A stretch of DNA of 64,000 bases from an uncultured bacterium (GCA_964560355.1 CAZLLI010000001.1:834-64833), one strand, 5' to 3'. Shown: positions 1 through 11,231, numbered from the stretch's first letter. Notes: generated by a model not told the origin, from the letters alone. Numbers and translations are program-made.

Positions 1-395
1 ACCGCCGCCATCACCGCGATGAGGAGAAGCAGGCCCGGGTAGGCCAGGGTGACGTCGGCGCAGCGCATCACCAGCACGTCGACGCGCCCGCCGTAATAAC
101 CCGCGAGCAGCCCGAGGCACGTGCCCAGGAGCAGCGCCAGCAGTCGCGACACCACGCCCACTTCCAGCGAGAAGCGCGCACCGTACATAACGCGGCTCAA
201 GATGTCGCGCCCGAAGGCGTCGGTGCCGAAGACGTGCGACGCGCTCGGCGGCGTGAGCGCGTGGTCCATGTCGATCGCGACGGGGTCGTGCGGCGCGAGC
301 CAGGGCGCGAGGAGCGCCGCCGTCACGACGACCGCCACCAGTGCCGCGCCCACCACCCCGCCCTTGTGCGCGAGAAAGCGCGTCATGTGCGCGCT
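1..395 (-). CDS. ABC transporter permease, DppC/OppC family (N-terminal part; gene continues past the window start)
   Basis: Minus-strand translation from the ATG at 395 reads MTRFLAHKGGVVGAALVAVVV...HVFGTDAFGRDILSRVMYGARFSLEVG. This is the typical DppC/OppC N-terminus with the periplasmic-loop GTD..GRD..SR motif. The ORF overlaps the stop of the upstream permease at 383. Confidence 0.8.
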
Positions 396-1318
396 CCCAA
401 TTTCACGCGCGGGTCGACGCGCGCGTACAAGAGATCGACCAGCAGGTTCACGGTCATGAAGAGGACGGCCATGAACAGTACGGCGCCCTGGATGGCGGGA
501 AGGTCGCGCTTCAAGATGGCGTCGAGGGTGAAGCGGCCGAGACCCGGCCACGCGAAGATGGATTCGGTCAGCACCGCGCCGCTCAAATAGCTCCCGAAGT
601 CGACGCCCACCACCGTGATGATGGGCAAGAGCGCGTTGCGCAGCGCGTGGCGGATGAGCACGCGGCTCTCCCCCGCCCCTTTCGCGCGCGCCGCCTTCAC
701 GTAGGTCTCGTGGATCTCGTCGAGCACGCTCGAGCGCGTGATGCGCGCGATATACGCGGTCGACGCCATCGCGAGCGTCATCGCCGGCAGCACCACGTAG
801 AGCGGGTTGCCGTTGCCGAAGCCGGACGCGGGGAAAATACCGAGGCGCATCGAGAACACGTAGATCAGGAGCACGCCGAGCCAGAATACGGGGATCGAGA
901 CCCCCACCACCGCGCCTCCCACTAGCAGGTAGTCGAGCGCGGACCCGCGGCGCCACGCCGCCAGCACGCCGATGGTGACGCCGCACGCGATCGCGATCGC
1001 CATCGCCGCCGCGGCCAGGCGCAGCGTGTTGGGAAAGCGCTCGCGAATCGAATCCCACACCGGGACGCCGGTGACGTACGACGTCCCCAGGTCGAAGCGC
1101 GCCAGGTCGCCGAGATAGCGCGCGTAGCGCTCGTAGAGCGGGCGGTCGAGGTGCATCTCGGCGCGCAGGCGCGCGAGCGTGTCGGCGTCGTAGCGCTCGC
1201 CCACCATGCTGAGGACGGGGTCGCCGGGGAGCACGTGCAGCAATAAGAAGGTCACGGTCGCGACCCCGAGCAGGATCGGCACGAACCACAGGAGGCGTCG
1301 GAATGCGTACGCGAGCAT
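383..1318 (-). CDS. ABC transporter permease, DppB/OppB family
   Basis: ORF 383..1357 (-). I prefer the start at M14 (MLAYAFRRLLWFVPILLGV), so 1318. It has the type-I ABC permease fold and six transmembrane segments typical of peptide/nickel permeases. Confidence 0.85.
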   Translation of the reverse strand: MLAYAFRRLLWFVPILLGVATVTFLLLHVLPGDPVLSMVGERYDADTLARLRAEMHLDRPLYERYARYLGDLARFDLGTSYVTGVPVWDSIRERFPNTLRLAAAAMAIAIACGVTIGVLAAWRRGSALDYLLVGGAVVGVSIPVFWLGVLLIYVFSMRLGIFPASGFGNGNPLYVVLPAMTLAMASTAYIARITRSSVLDEIHETYVKAARAKGAGESRVLIRHALRNALLPIITVVGVDFGSYLSGAVLTESIFAWPGLGRFTLDAILKRDLPAIQGAVLFMAVLFMTVNLLVDLLYARVDPRVKLGART

Positions 1319-1370
1319 GGCGGCGCCAGCATACGCCCGCGCCCGCGCGCGCTGCAATCGCAGCGTTTGG

Positions 1371-2918
1371 CTAGTGCGCGACGCGCACGCCGGAAAAATC
1401 GTTGCCGAGGTAGAGGCTCGGGAGCCGGTAACCGCTCACGCGTTCGGCCACGATGTGGTGCGTGGTCGGAAAATAGAGGTAGACCCACGGCGCCTGCGCG
1501 TACACCAGGCTGTCGACGCGCGCGTACGCATCCGCGCGCGCGGCGTCGTCGAGCACGCGGCTCGCGCTCACGATGAGCGAGTCGACGCGCGGGTCGGAGA
1601 AGAATGAGCGGTTGCCGCCGCCGCCGCGATTCGCGGAGTGGAACAGCGGGAACAGGAAGTTTTCCGCGTCGGGATAGTCGGCGATCCAATCCAACAGGAA
1701 CGCGTCGACCTTGCCCGCGCTCACCGCCTGCTTGTACGCGCTCCACTCGCGCCGCACCAATTTCGCGTCGACGCCGACCGCGCTCCAGTAGCCCTGCACG
1801 GCTTCGGCGACGCGACCGCCCTCGGCGCTCTCGCGCAACCACAGCTCGAGCGACAGGTGCTCGGCGCCGGCTTCGCGCAGGAGCTCTCGCGCGAGCGCGG
1901 GGTCGTACTCGTATCCGGGGCGCTCGCGGTACCCCGCGATGCCGGGCGGGATCGACCCGTGCGCGGGGATCGCCTCCCCCGCCTGCAACACGCGCGAGAG
2001 CTGCGGCACGTTGACGGCGTGGTTGAGCGCGCGGCGCACGCGCAGGTCGGAGAAGCGCGGGTTGTTGAGCCCGATGTAGAACACGCGCAGCTCGGGGCGC
2101 TTGAGCAGGCGCGGCGCGCGCGCGGGGTCGTGCAAGAAGCGCGGCACCTCGGCGTCCGGGATCTCGAGCACGTCGAGCGTGCCCGACTCGAATTCGGCGA
2201 TGCGCGTGAACGGCTCCGGGATGACGCGGTAGCGCACGCCGGCGAGGTCGCGCGCGCGCCGCGCGTGGTGCGGGTTCGGCGTCAGCGTGACGCGGTCGCC
2301 GCGCACCCACTCCGAGAGCACCCACGGCCCCGCGCCCACCGGCACGTCGCCGGTGGGGGGACTTTCGGTGTCGACGATGCGCGCCGCCGGCAGCGCGAGC
2401 ATGGAGAGAAACGGCGCGAAGGGATCGTCGAGCGTCACCACCACGGTGGAGTCGTCGGGGGTTTCGACCCCCGCCAGCGACGGCGCGCCGCCGTCACGAA
2501 ACGCGGCCGCGCCGCGGATGCGGTCGAGCACCCACGCGCGCGGGGACGCCGTGGCGGGCGCGAGCACGCGCTCGAAGCTCGCGCGCACGTCGGCGGCGTG
2601 CACGGGCCTTCCGGTGGAGAAACGCGCGCGCGCGTCGAGGTGGAAGACGTAGCGGCGTCCGTCGCTCGTCTCCCACGCGCGCGCGACGCCGGGCACGAGC
2701 GCGCCGTCGGGCGCGAGTCCCACCAGCCCGTCGAACACCAGCGCGCAAATCTCGCCTTCGGCGGCGTCGACCGCGAAGGCGGGGTCGAGGCGGTTGGGCG
2801 CGGTCTCGAGCGCGAGCTCGAGCATCGGGGACGACGCGCGCTCGCGCCCGCACCCCGCCGCGAGCGCGCACGCCGCGGAAAGCGCGAAGGCGACCACGCG
2901 CACGCGCGCGCGCGTCAC
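1371..2918 (-). CDS. ABC transporter substrate-binding lipoprotein, family 5 (OppA/DppA-like)
   Basis: The real N-terminus inside ORF 1371..3428 is VTRARVRVVAFALSAACALAAGC, a signal peptide with a lipobox. The GTG at 2918 overlaps the TGA of the upstream gene (GTGA coupling). Everything upstream of residue 171 is Arg-rich shadow sequence. Confidence 0.8.
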   Translation of the reverse strand: MTRARVRVVAFALSAACALAAGCGRERASSPMLELALETAPNRLDPAFAVDAAEGEICALVFDGLVGLAPDGALVPGVARAWETSDGRRYVFHLDARARFSTGRPVHAADVRASFERVLAPATASPRAWVLDRIRGAAAFRDGGAPSLAGVETPDDSTVVVTLDDPFAPFLSMLALPAARIVDTESPPTGDVPVGAGPWVLSEWVRGDRVTLTPNPHHARRARDLAGVRYRVIPEPFTRIAEFESGTLDVLEIPDAEVPRFLHDPARAPRLLKRPELRVFYIGLNNPRFSDLRVRRALNHAVNVPQLSRVLQAGEAIPAHGSIPPGIAGYRERPGYEYDPALARELLREAGAEHLSLELWLRESAEGGRVAEAVQGYWSAVGVDAKLVRREWSAYKQAVSAGKVDAFLLDWIADYPDAENFLFPLFHSANRGGGGNRSFFSDPRVDSLIVSASRVLDDAARADAYARVDSLVYAQAPWVYLYFPTTHHIVAERVSGYRLPSLYLGNDFSGVRVAH

Positions 2919-4186
2919 AAATCGCCTTCCACCAGCTTGAAGTCGCCCACGCCGAACATGTCGAAGAACACGAAGGTGCGATTGACCGTGTAGTAGCGCC
3001 AAATCTCGTACGAGCCCTGCCCGCGCTGGTCCATCGCGGTGTCGATTTGCTCGGGTGCGCCGTAGCGAATGTAGACGCGCCCGCGATCCGAGCGCCAACC
3101 GGGACCGAACTGCGAGAACTCGCGCATGACGTATTGCACGCGCGACAGGTACTGCAGCAGGGCCTCGTTGTCGACCGTGCTGGGGTCGGGGTCGCGCGCG
3201 GCCCAGAACTTGTTCCACGCCGCGGTGCGCGCTTCCAGCGGCGCGTTGCGCAGCGGCTTGAGCTCCTCGTCGGTAGCGATGAGGCTCAGCATCTCGATGG
3301 TGTCGTCGAAGTCGACGCCCAGCATCGCGCGGGTGACGTCGATGCGCACGTCGGCGCTGGCGGTGGCGTCGCGCGCCGGGTCGAGCGTGTGCGCGCGCAG
3401 GTTCACGCGGTACAAGCCCGGCGACCAATCATCGACGTTGAAGGTGAGCAGGAAGTCGTCGTCGCGGCCGGCGAGGTTCAGGCGCCGCTTGCCGTACACC
3501 ACCTGGTGGTCGTTGGCGTCGATCACTTCATAGAAGACGTCGCACATGGTGGAGCGCTCCTCGTTGCCCTCGACGAACAGCGCGAACCGCACCGCGGGCT
3601 GGCGGTCGAAGCCGGAAACGGACGCGTCGGGCGGGGTGTCGGCCTTGAGCGTGGGCGCGACCTCGTGCCAGGGCGCGAACGTCTTCGGGAACGGCGTCGG
3701 CACTGTGATCACGGCCGGCGTTCCGAAGGCGAGTCCGGAGGCGAGAAAGTCGGGGACGCGCAACGAGGTCGAGCGCCGCATCCCGATGCCGGTATTCCGG
3801 ATGGTGAGGAGCGCGTCGATGACGTAGTCCCCCGGCGGGAGCTTGATCTCGCGCCACGCGCGCGATTTCATGTCGCGGCGCTTGGTTTCTTCGTACGTCT
3901 TTACGGTGGCGAAGCCGTGCAGCACGTAGGTGGTGGGCGGCGTGTTCTCCTTCCCCGCCGCGCGCAGCGAGATGTTGGCGTCGAAGCGCGCGTCGTAGTA
4001 ACCCTCCTTCTTCAGGAACACGAGCGTGCGGAACGGCACCTCGACGGTGATGCGCGTCATGGGCGTGCGGGTGGAGTCGAGGTATGCGTTGGCGAACAAG
4101 CCGAAGGGTTGCGCGTGCGCGCGCGCCGCGGAGAGCGCGAGCGCCGCGGAGAGCGAGATGGCGATCCATGCGTGTTTCGGCTTCAT
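2915..4186 (-). CDS. secreted GWxTD-domain protein (function unknown)
   Basis: Signal peptide MKPKHAWIAISLSAALALSAARAHAQ. The C-terminal region FGPGWRSDRGRVYIRYGAPEQID...YEIWRYY matches the GWxTD-domain consensus. Confidence 0.75.
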   Translation of the reverse strand: MKPKHAWIAISLSAALALSAARAHAQPFGLFANAYLDSTRTPMTRITVEVPFRTLVFLKKEGYYDARFDANISLRAAGKENTPPTTYVLHGFATVKTYEETKRRDMKSRAWREIKLPPGDYVIDALLTIRNTGIGMRRSTSLRVPDFLASGLAFGTPAVITVPTPFPKTFAPWHEVAPTLKADTPPDASVSGFDRQPAVRFALFVEGNEERSTMCDVFYEVIDANDHQVVYGKRRLNLAGRDDDFLLTFNVDDWSPGLYRVNLRAHTLDPARDATASADVRIDVTRAMLGVDFDDTIEMLSLIATDEELKPLRNAPLEARTAAWNKFWAARDPDPSTVDNEALLQYLSRVQYVMREFSQFGPGWRSDRGRVYIRYGAPEQIDTAMDQRGQGSYEIWRYYTVNRTFVFFDMFGVGDFKLVEGDL

Positions 4187-4252
4187 TTGGTTTGGGGGGC
4201 GGCGACGAAGGGAAGTTAGGCCACGCCCCTGCGGCGGGGCAAGGGGAACGTG

Positions 4253-5500
4253 CTACTCGTGGCGCAGCGCCGTGACCGGGTCCATGTCGCTCGCGCGGCG
4301 CGCGGGGTAGAGCCCGAACCCGATGCCCACCAGGACCGAAAACACCAGGGCCACGATGGTCCACGCGAGCGAGAACACGAACGGGAAGTGGATCAGCTTC
4401 GACACCCCGTACGCGAGCACCGTGCCCGCGGCCACGCCGATGATGCCGCCGACGCCCGTCAGCGTTCCGGCTTCGATCAGGAACTGGCGCAAGATGTCGC
4501 CGCGCGCGGCGCCGATGGCGCGGCGCACGCCGATTTCGCGCGTGCGCTCGGTGACCGAGACCAGCATGATGTTCATGACGCCGATGCCCCCCACCAAGAG
4601 GCCGATCGACGCGATGATGGTCAGCACGATTCCGATGGGGACCGTGATCTTCTTGACCAAGTCGAGGAACGACTCGCTGGTGCCCACCGCGAAGTCGTCG
4701 GCCTTCCCGGGTCGAAGGCCGTGCTGCACGCGCATCGCGCGCTTCACTTCTTGGGCGCCCTTCTCCAGGTCGGCGTCGTCGTGCACGGTGGCACCGAGCG
4801 TCACCACGTCGTTTTCCGTGTGGAAGTCCTTGGCGAAGGTGGTGTGCGGCACGCACACGAAATTGTCCGACCACGCCCCGAAGATCGAGTGGCGCGGCGC
4901 GATGGTCCCGATCACCTGGTAGCGCGCGCCTCGGATCACCACGTAGCGCCCGATCGGATTCGTCTCCTTGAACAGGTCCTTGGCCGGGCCCGCCGCCAGC
5001 ACCACCACGCGCGCGCGGAAGCGTTCCTCGCTCTCGCTGTAGAAGCGCCCGCGGTCGACGGTGAGCGAGAACAACTCCGGCAGGCGGTAGGTCGAGCCTA
5101 GGATGCTGGTGGGCGGCGTTTTTTCGCCCTCGTAGCGCACCACGAATTCGCCCTGCGACTCCACCATGAACACCGACGCGTCGACGCTCGGGCAATTGCG
5201 CGCGATGGCGGCGGCGTCCTCGCGCGTCAGCTTGGGGCGCCGCTCCAAGTTCTCCTCGTTGTCGCCCGACACCGCGAAGTCGAAACGCTGCACGTAGATG
5301 TAGGGGCGGTTGGCGGACGCCATGTCGGCGTAGATCTTCCGGCTCAAGCCCGAGAGCACCGTCACCATCATGAGCACGGTCGCGATGCCGATAGCGACAC
5401 CGACAATGAGGAGCGCCGACCGCATGCGGTGCGAGCGCATGACCTCGATCGCTTGCGCGACGTTCTCGTCCCAGAGGTTGTTACCGGTCGGCGTCTGCAT
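4253..5500 (-). CDS. MacB/FtsX-family ABC efflux permease (no ATPase domain)
   Basis: 415 aa. N-terminal TM helix, large periplasmic domain, then a C-terminal FtsX-like three-TM bundle (…GVMNIMLVSVTERTREIGVRRAIGA…). Confidence 0.85.
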   Translation of the reverse strand: MQTPTGNNLWDENVAQAIEVMRSHRMRSALLIVGVAIGIATVLMMVTVLSGLSRKIYADMASANRPYIYVQRFDFAVSGDNEENLERRPKLTREDAAAIARNCPSVDASVFMVESQGEFVVRYEGEKTPPTSILGSTYRLPELFSLTVDRGRFYSESEERFRARVVVLAAGPAKDLFKETNPIGRYVVIRGARYQVIGTIAPRHSIFGAWSDNFVCVPHTTFAKDFHTENDVVTLGATVHDDADLEKGAQEVKRAMRVQHGLRPGKADDFAVGTSESFLDLVKKITVPIGIVLTIIASIGLLVGGIGVMNIMLVSVTERTREIGVRRAIGAARGDILRQFLIEAGTLTGVGGIIGVAAGTVLAYGVSKLIHFPFVFSLAWTIVALVFSVLVGIGFGLYPARRASDMDPVTALRHE

Positions 5501-5501
5501 G

Positions 5502-6746
5502 CTACTCCGACCGCAATGCTTCGACCGGGTCGAGGCGCGCGGCGCGCAGCGCGGGGTAGGTGCCGAACACGAGCCCCAGCGCGATCGTCACCGCGAACGC
5601 GATCCCGACCAGGGCCGCGTTCACCACGTACGGAAGCACCGACACCGCCGACACCAGCGCCGCGATCGCGAAGCCGATCGACATGCCGACCACGCCGCCG
5701 AACACCGACAGCGTCGCCGACTCCACCAGGAATTGCCACATGATGGCCGCCTGCGGCGCGCCCACCGCCTTGCGCAGGCCGACTTCGCGCGTCCGCTCGG
5801 TGACCGAGACCACCATGGTGTTCATGAGCACGATGCCGCCCACCAGCATGGAGACGCCGACCAACGCGACCAGCGCCGTCATGATGCCGCGGCTGACCGA
5901 CTTCCACAGTGTGATGAGCTGCTCGCTCGACGCCACCGCGAAGTCGTTTTCGTCGCCGGGGTGGAGCCCGTGCCGCACGCGCATCGCCACCATCGCTTCT
6001 TCCATGGCGTCGTCCATGTGACGGATGTCGGCGGCGGCGATCTGAATGTCGACCGATTGGTTGGGGCCGAACACCTTGCGGTACGCACCCAGCGGAATGA
6101 TGACGAAGCGGTCGCGGCTCTGCCCCAGCACCTTGCCGCGCTTCGCCGCCACCCCCACCACGCGGAAGTGGCGGTTGCCGATGCGCACCGTGCTCCCCAG
6201 CGCCTCGTGCGGCGCGAGCAGGCCTTCGTACACGTCCCACCCCAGCAGCGCGACCTGCGCGTTCTCGCGGTCGTCGACCTCGGTGAGGTGGCGGCCGGTC
6301 GCGACCGGGATGTCGCCCACGTAGGGATAGTAGGCGTCGCACCCGGTGACCGTCACGTTGACGCTCTTCCCCAGCGACGACACGGTGACGTTCCCGGTCT
6401 CGGCGCGTGCGCTCACGTACGACGACCACTGTAACGATTCGCGCAGCGACGCCGCGTCCTCGCGCGTGATCCTGGGGTTGTGCATGAGCTTGTCGATGAA
6501 CTTCTCGAAGTCTTCGATGGCCTCGAAAAAGTTGACGCGCTGGACGGTGAAGACGTTGCTGCCTTCGGAGGCGACTTCGTTGCGCATGTATAGGTCGATC
6601 CCGCCCAACAGCGAGACCACCGCGATCACCGACATGATGCCGACGATATTGCCGAGGAGGGTGAGGAAGGTGCGCAGCTTGTTGGCGAGGAGCGCGTGGT
6701 ACGCGATGCGTACGCCTTCGAAGAGGACGCGGACCGACGGGCGCAC
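5502..6746 (-). CDS. MacB/FtsX-family ABC efflux permease, paralog
   Basis: 414 aa with the same architecture (…LMNTMVVSVTERTREVGLRKAVGA…). Two nucleotides separate it from the downstream permease. Confidence 0.85.
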   Translation of the reverse strand: MRPSVRVLFEGVRIAYHALLANKLRTFLTLLGNIVGIMSVIAVVSLLGGIDLYMRNEVASEGSNVFTVQRVNFFEAIEDFEKFIDKLMHNPRITREDAASLRESLQWSSYVSARAETGNVTVSSLGKSVNVTVTGCDAYYPYVGDIPVATGRHLTEVDDRENAQVALLGWDVYEGLLAPHEALGSTVRIGNRHFRVVGVAAKRGKVLGQSRDRFVIIPLGAYRKVFGPNQSVDIQIAAADIRHMDDAMEEAMVAMRVRHGLHPGDENDFAVASSEQLITLWKSVSRGIMTALVALVGVSMLVGGIVLMNTMVVSVTERTREVGLRKAVGAPQAAIMWQFLVESATLSVFGGVVGMSIGFAIAALVSAVSVLPYVVNAALVGIAFAVTIALGLVFGTYPALRAARLDPVEALRSE

Positions 6747-6750
6747 GCTG

Positions 6751-8034
6751 CTACCTCCGCTTGCGCTTCTCTTTCTTGATCTTCACCGCTTCGCCGTCGC
6801 GCAAGTCGCCGATGGTCTTGAAGGGACCCGACACGACCTGGTCGCCCTCGGCGAGTCCCGAGAGCACGACGAAGTGGCTCTGCCCCGCGATGCCGACGCG
6901 AATGGACCGGAAATGCGCGGAGCCCTTCTCCACCACGAACACGCCTTCGATCTCGCGCGGCTTGCCGTCGGCCGCGGTGGTGTCGGCGGCGGCGCTGTCG
7001 GCGGGGGCCTCTTTCTTCTCGCGCTTGCCGCGCCGGCGTTCCTCCGCGAGGCGCTCGGGGTCGCGCACGGTCAGGCACTGGATGGGAACCGCGAGCGCGT
7101 GCTTCTCCTCCGCCACTTCGATGTCGACGGAGGCCGACAACCCCGGCCGAATGTCGGGGATCGAATCCTGGATCGCGACCACCACCTTGAAATCGACCGA
7201 TTCCTGCCCCAGCCCCACCTGCGCGCGCAGCGCGCTGTTGCCGACCTCGGTCACGACGCCGCGGTAGGTGGTGTCGGGCTGCGCGTCGAGGCGCACGGTG
7301 GCCTTCTGGCCGGGACGCACGCGCACCACTTCGGTTTCGTCGACGCGCACCTCCGCCTCCATCTCCGACAGGTCGGCGATCGTGAGCAGCACGGTGCCGG
7401 GATTGTTGATGGTGCCCATGATCGCGCTCTCGCCTTCTTCCACGTTGAGCGCCGTGATGACGCCCGACATCTCGGCTTCGATGCGCACTTGCCGCAAGTC
7501 GTGCTGCGCCTTCTTGAGGTTGGCCTGCGCCTGCAGGTTCATCTCCTGCGCCGACCTCACGCGCGCCTGCGCCATGTCGAGCGCCGCCTTGGCGTCTTTG
7601 AGCTCGGTGTCGGAGGTAAAGCCCTTCTCGCCCAGCTGTACTGCGCGATCGTAGTCGTACTGCGCCTTCTGCAGCGCTGCTTGCTCGAGTTGGAGCGACG
7701 CCTGCGCGCCGCGCACCGCGGCGGCCAGTTGCTCCACCGCCGACTCGTACGGCGCCGCGTCGATCTCGAGCAAGAAGTCGCCCTTCTTCACGCGCTGTCC
7801 CTCGGTTACCTCCAGCTTGGTCACCTTGCCGATGGTGGTGGCGCTCACGTCGACCTTGCGCTTGGGCTGGATCTCGCCCGATGCCGTCACGACCTTGGCG
7901 ACGTCGCGCCGCACCACCTTCGCGACTTCGACCTCGGTGCGCTTGCCGCGCTTGACGGTCAGATTGATGCCGACCAGAGCCACCACCACGACGCCGAGCA
8001 CCGCCGCGAGGATCACCTTGCGTTTCTTGGTCAC
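6751..8034 (-). CDS. periplasmic adaptor (membrane fusion protein), MacA/HlyD family
   Basis: N-terminal TM anchor, coiled-coil segment (AAVRGAQASLQLEQAALQKAQYDY…), beta-barrel and lipoyl-like segments typical of MFPs. Adjacent to the MacB-type ATPase and permeases. Confidence 0.85.
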   Translation of the reverse strand: MTKKRKVILAAVLGVVVVALVGINLTVKRGKRTEVEVAKVVRRDVAKVVTASGEIQPKRKVDVSATTIGKVTKLEVTEGQRVKKGDFLLEIDAAPYESAVEQLAAAVRGAQASLQLEQAALQKAQYDYDRAVQLGEKGFTSDTELKDAKAALDMAQARVRSAQEMNLQAQANLKKAQHDLRQVRIEAEMSGVITALNVEEGESAIMGTINNPGTVLLTIADLSEMEAEVRVDETEVVRVRPGQKATVRLDAQPDTTYRGVVTEVGNSALRAQVGLGQESVDFKVVVAIQDSIPDIRPGLSASVDIEVAEEKHALAVPIQCLTVRDPERLAEERRRGKREKKEAPADSAAADTTAADGKPREIEGVFVVEKGSAHFRSIRVGIAGQSHFVVLSGLAEGDQVVSGPFKTIGDLRDGEAVKIKKEKRKRR

Positions 8035-8035
8035 G

Positions 8036-8740
<705 letters not shown>

Positions 8741-8823
8741 GGAAGCGCCAGCATAGCACGCGGGCGGGACGCCGCAAAGCGCCCCGCCCGCGTGGGTGGA
8801 ATCGGTGTGCGTGTCGAAGCGGT

Positions 8824-10212
8824 CTAGCGCGAGGTGACCTTGCGCCCGGTGGCGCGCTGCAAGTCGGCGCGATTGACGAGATAGTCGACGCGCGCGTCGA
8901 TCAAGCTCGCCTGCGCTTGTGTGAGCGACGCGCTCGCTTGGATGGTCTCGAGGATGGTGCCGGCGCCGACGCGGTAGCGCTCTTCGGCCAGGCGCAGGTT
9001 TTCCTCCGCGGCCGCGACGGTTTCCTCGGCCAGGTCGAGGCGTTCCTTGGCCTGGTCGATGTTGAGCACGATCTGTTTGACGTCGAGCACGGCGTCGATC
9101 TTGGCCTGCTGCAAGTTGTACTCGGCGATGCGCTGCTGCGCGTGCGCGTTCTGGATGCCGGCTTTGGTCTGGAAGCGGTCGAAGAGATTCCAGTCGAGGA
9201 AGATACCGACCGACCACACGTAGTTGTTCTTGAACACTTCGCCGTCGCCGGGGAAGGTGCGGTCGTTCCAGCCGTAGCTGAACGAACCATTCAGGGTCGG
9301 GTAGCGCGCCTTCTTGGTAACCGAAAGCCCGGCGCGGGCGGCGTCGACGCGCTGGCGGCTCGCGAGCAGGTCCGAGCGGTGCTCGAACATGTAGTCGACT
9401 TCGGAGTTGAGGTCGAAGTCGCCGGGCGTGAACTCGAGCGATTCGTCGACGTCGAGGGGCGCGTCCTGCGGAATGTTGAGCCGCGACTTGAGCCGCGCTT
9501 CCGCGAGGGCTTCGGCGTTGCGCACGTTCAACAGCAAGAGTTCGGCGTTCGAATAGTCGACGCGTGCCTGCAGATAGTCGGCCTTGGTGCGCGAACCGAT
9601 CTTGTAGAAGGCTTCGATTTGTTCGAGGTTGCGGCGCTTGGCTTCCAGGTTGGCGACCTGCACCTGGTCGAGGCGGCGCTGCCGCACCAGCTCGTAGTAC
9701 TCGCGGATGGTGAGCGCGCGCACGAGGTCGCGCGTGTACTCGAGGTTGTATGCCGCCGCGCCCGCGTTACCCTTCGACTGCGTGATGGCGTTGTAGTTCG
9801 CGCCCCAATTGAACACGCTCATCTGGCTCGAGAGCGAAAACGAATACTGCTCGTAGTCGAAGCCCGCGGGCCGGATGGGCCGGCCTTGGCTGTCGACGAC
9901 GATGCCCGTGGTCGGACCCGCCCACGAGTGCCCGCCGTACGCCCCCAGATTGAAGTTCGGCATGAGTGCGCCGTAGCTGCGCAGCACGTCGCTGCGAGCC
10001 GACCTCAATTGCTCGCTTGAAACGCCGACGTTGGTGGACGCGTCGATGGCGAGCGCGAGGCAGCGCTCGAGGTCGTAGCGATCGCCCGACGTCGGCGGCT
10101 GGGCCTGCTGGGTCTGGTCGGTCTGCTGGGTCTGTTCGCTCTGGGCGCGCGCAATCGGCGCGAGCGCGCAGAGGAATAGCATCTGGGCAACGATCGCCCG
10201 GCGAAAACTCAT
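8824..10212 (-). CDS. TolC-family outer-membrane efflux protein
   Basis: Start at M37 ([24 protein letters not shown] signal peptide). Two repeated alpha-helical/beta-barrel halves typical of OEP/TolC. Confidence 0.85.
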   Translation of the reverse strand: MSFRRAIVAQMLFLCALAPIARAQSEQTQQTDQTQQAQPPTSGDRYDLERCLALAIDASTNVGVSSEQLRSARSDVLRSYGALMPNFNLGAYGGHSWAGPTTGIVVDSQGRPIRPAGFDYEQYSFSLSSQMSVFNWGANYNAITQSKGNAGAAAYNLEYTRDLVRALTIREYYELVRQRRLDQVQVANLEAKRRNLEQIEAFYKIGSRTKADYLQARVDYSNAELLLLNVRNAEALAEARLKSRLNIPQDAPLDVDESLEFTPGDFDLNSEVDYMFEHRSDLLASRQRVDAARAGLSVTKKARYPTLNGSFSYGWNDRTFPGDGEVFKNNYVWSVGIFLDWNLFDRFQTKAGIQNAHAQQRIAEYNLQQAKIDAVLDVKQIVLNIDQAKERLDLAEETVAAAEENLRLAEERYRVGAGTILETIQASASLTQAQASLIDARVDYLVNRADLQRATGRKVTSR

Positions 10213-10348
10213 CTGGTCACCTTCCCATTGGCAAAAAACAAGATGCGGCCACCGCCGCCTGCACGTTCGCGAGCAAAAGACGAACGTAGTACGGCGGGGG
10301 GGGTTCGAATGTTCCGACATTATAGCCGCGAGGGCGGGTCGGAAGGGG

Positions 10349-10378
10349 CAAAAAAAAAGACGCCCCTCGCTCAGGGCG
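10349..10378 (-). terminator. rho-independent terminator after exbD
   Basis: On the minus strand: CGCCC-TGAGCGAG-GGGCG followed by T9 (plus strand shows the A9 run at 10350..10358). The hairpin overlaps the TGA of the 10371..10811 gene. Confidence 0.55.
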
Positions 10379-10811
10379 ACCGCCGAGTGGGGACGGCCGG
10401 TTCTTCGCGCTCGCTGGTAAAGGAGAGCCGGGACGCGCTCGCCTCTTTGAGCTCGTCGATCACGTCCGAAACGACGCCGTAGGGCGCGTGCTCATCGGCG
10501 TTGAGCGCCACCACCGCGTCGGGCGCCTCGAGCAGGGTGCCCGTGATGATTCCCTCCACGTCGGAGGCCACCACCAGCCGGTTGTCGATCGAAATGCGCC
10601 CGTCCTTGTCGATCCAAATATCCGCGACGTGCTCGCGCCCGGGCTTCTCGGTCGCCTCTGCGCTGGGGAGAACGATCTGCAGCCCGCGGTCGAGCCGAAA
10701 GATGGTGGTGGCCATGAAGAAGATGAGCAGCAAGAACGCGATGTCGCCCATCGACACGGTCGGGATGGTATTAGAGACGCGATTCTGGCGCGGAAATCGT
10801 CCCGGGCGCAT
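10371..10811 (-). CDS. exbD: ExbD/TolR-family biopolymer transport protein
   Basis: 146 aa. N-terminal single TM (DIAFLLLIFFMATTIF) followed by a periplasmic domain. Typical ExbD. Confidence 0.85.
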   Translation of the reverse strand: MRPGRFPRQNRVSNTIPTVSMGDIAFLLLIFFMATTIFRLDRGLQIVLPSAEATEKPGREHVADIWIDKDGRISIDNRLVVASDVEGIITGTLLEAPDAVVALNADEHAPYGVVSDVIDELKEASASRLSFTSEREEPAVPTRRSP

Positions 10812-10812
10812 G

Positions 10813-11229
10813 TCACTTCACCGTCTTGAGCGAGATGCGCCGGCAGTTGGCGAGCTTGATCTCGTCCAGAAGATCGACCATGAGGCCGTACTCGGCGTCG
10901 CGATGGATGGTGAGCAGCACCACCAATTGCGGGTTGGCAGCCAGGCGCTGTTCGACCAGCGCGCGCACGTTCGCGGGCGCGATCGCCTGTCCCTGCGCCT
11001 CGACGTGCCCGCCCGCCAGCGCGCGAATCTCGAGCACGTCCTTGGCGTCGACGCGCGTCGCTGTCACGGCCTTGCCCGGCAGCACCAACGGGATGCCTTC
11101 TTCGACCGCGAAGGTAGTCGTCACCACGAAGAACACGAGCAAGAGGAACGCGAGGTCCGACATCGACGCGGCTTGAAATTCGCACGCCCCGAAACGAAAG
11201 CGGGTCTTGCGGCGCTGCATGAAGTGCAT
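10813..11229 (-). CDS. exbD: ExbD/TolR-family biopolymer transport protein (second copy)
   Basis: The ATG at 11229 gives MHFMQRRKTRF…MSDLAFLLLVFFVVTTTF… (138 aa). Tandem with the first exbD, and its start overlaps the exbB stop. Confidence 0.85.
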   Translation of the reverse strand: MHFMQRRKTRFRFGACEFQAASMSDLAFLLLVFFVVTTTFAVEEGIPLVLPGKAVTATRVDAKDVLEIRALAGGHVEAQGQAIAPANVRALVEQRLAANPQLVVLLTIHRDAEYGLMVDLLDEIKLANCRRISLKTVK

Positions 11230-11231
11230 GG

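Noticed and set aside
1252-6429. Long antisense or out-of-frame ORFs (e.g. 1252..2325, 1638..2993, 3528..5195, 5368..6429; also 18990..21239, 19262..21442, 21586..23805, 49438..51984)
   Set aside because: Their translations are low-complexity Arg/Ala/Pro/Gly-rich with no domains. They overlap well-supported genes on the other strand or frame and are the expected GC-rich shadow ORFs.
8741-9217. 159-codon N-terminal extension of the MacB-type ATPase ORF
   Set aside because: It is Arg-rich shadow sequence. The conserved ATPase N-terminus begins at the ATG at 8740.
10290-10316. T-loop-like GGTTCGAAT in the tolC upstream region, considered as a tRNA
   Set aside because: No matching T-stem, acceptor stem or anticodon arm can be drawn. 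It is probably part of the tolC 5'UTR, which also carries a CGTTCG…CGAACG hairpin.
10350-10358. A9 homopolymer, considered as a slipped-strand phase-variation tract
   Set aside because: It lies outside coding sequence immediately after a GC hairpin. It is better explained as the U-tract of the exbD intrinsic terminator.
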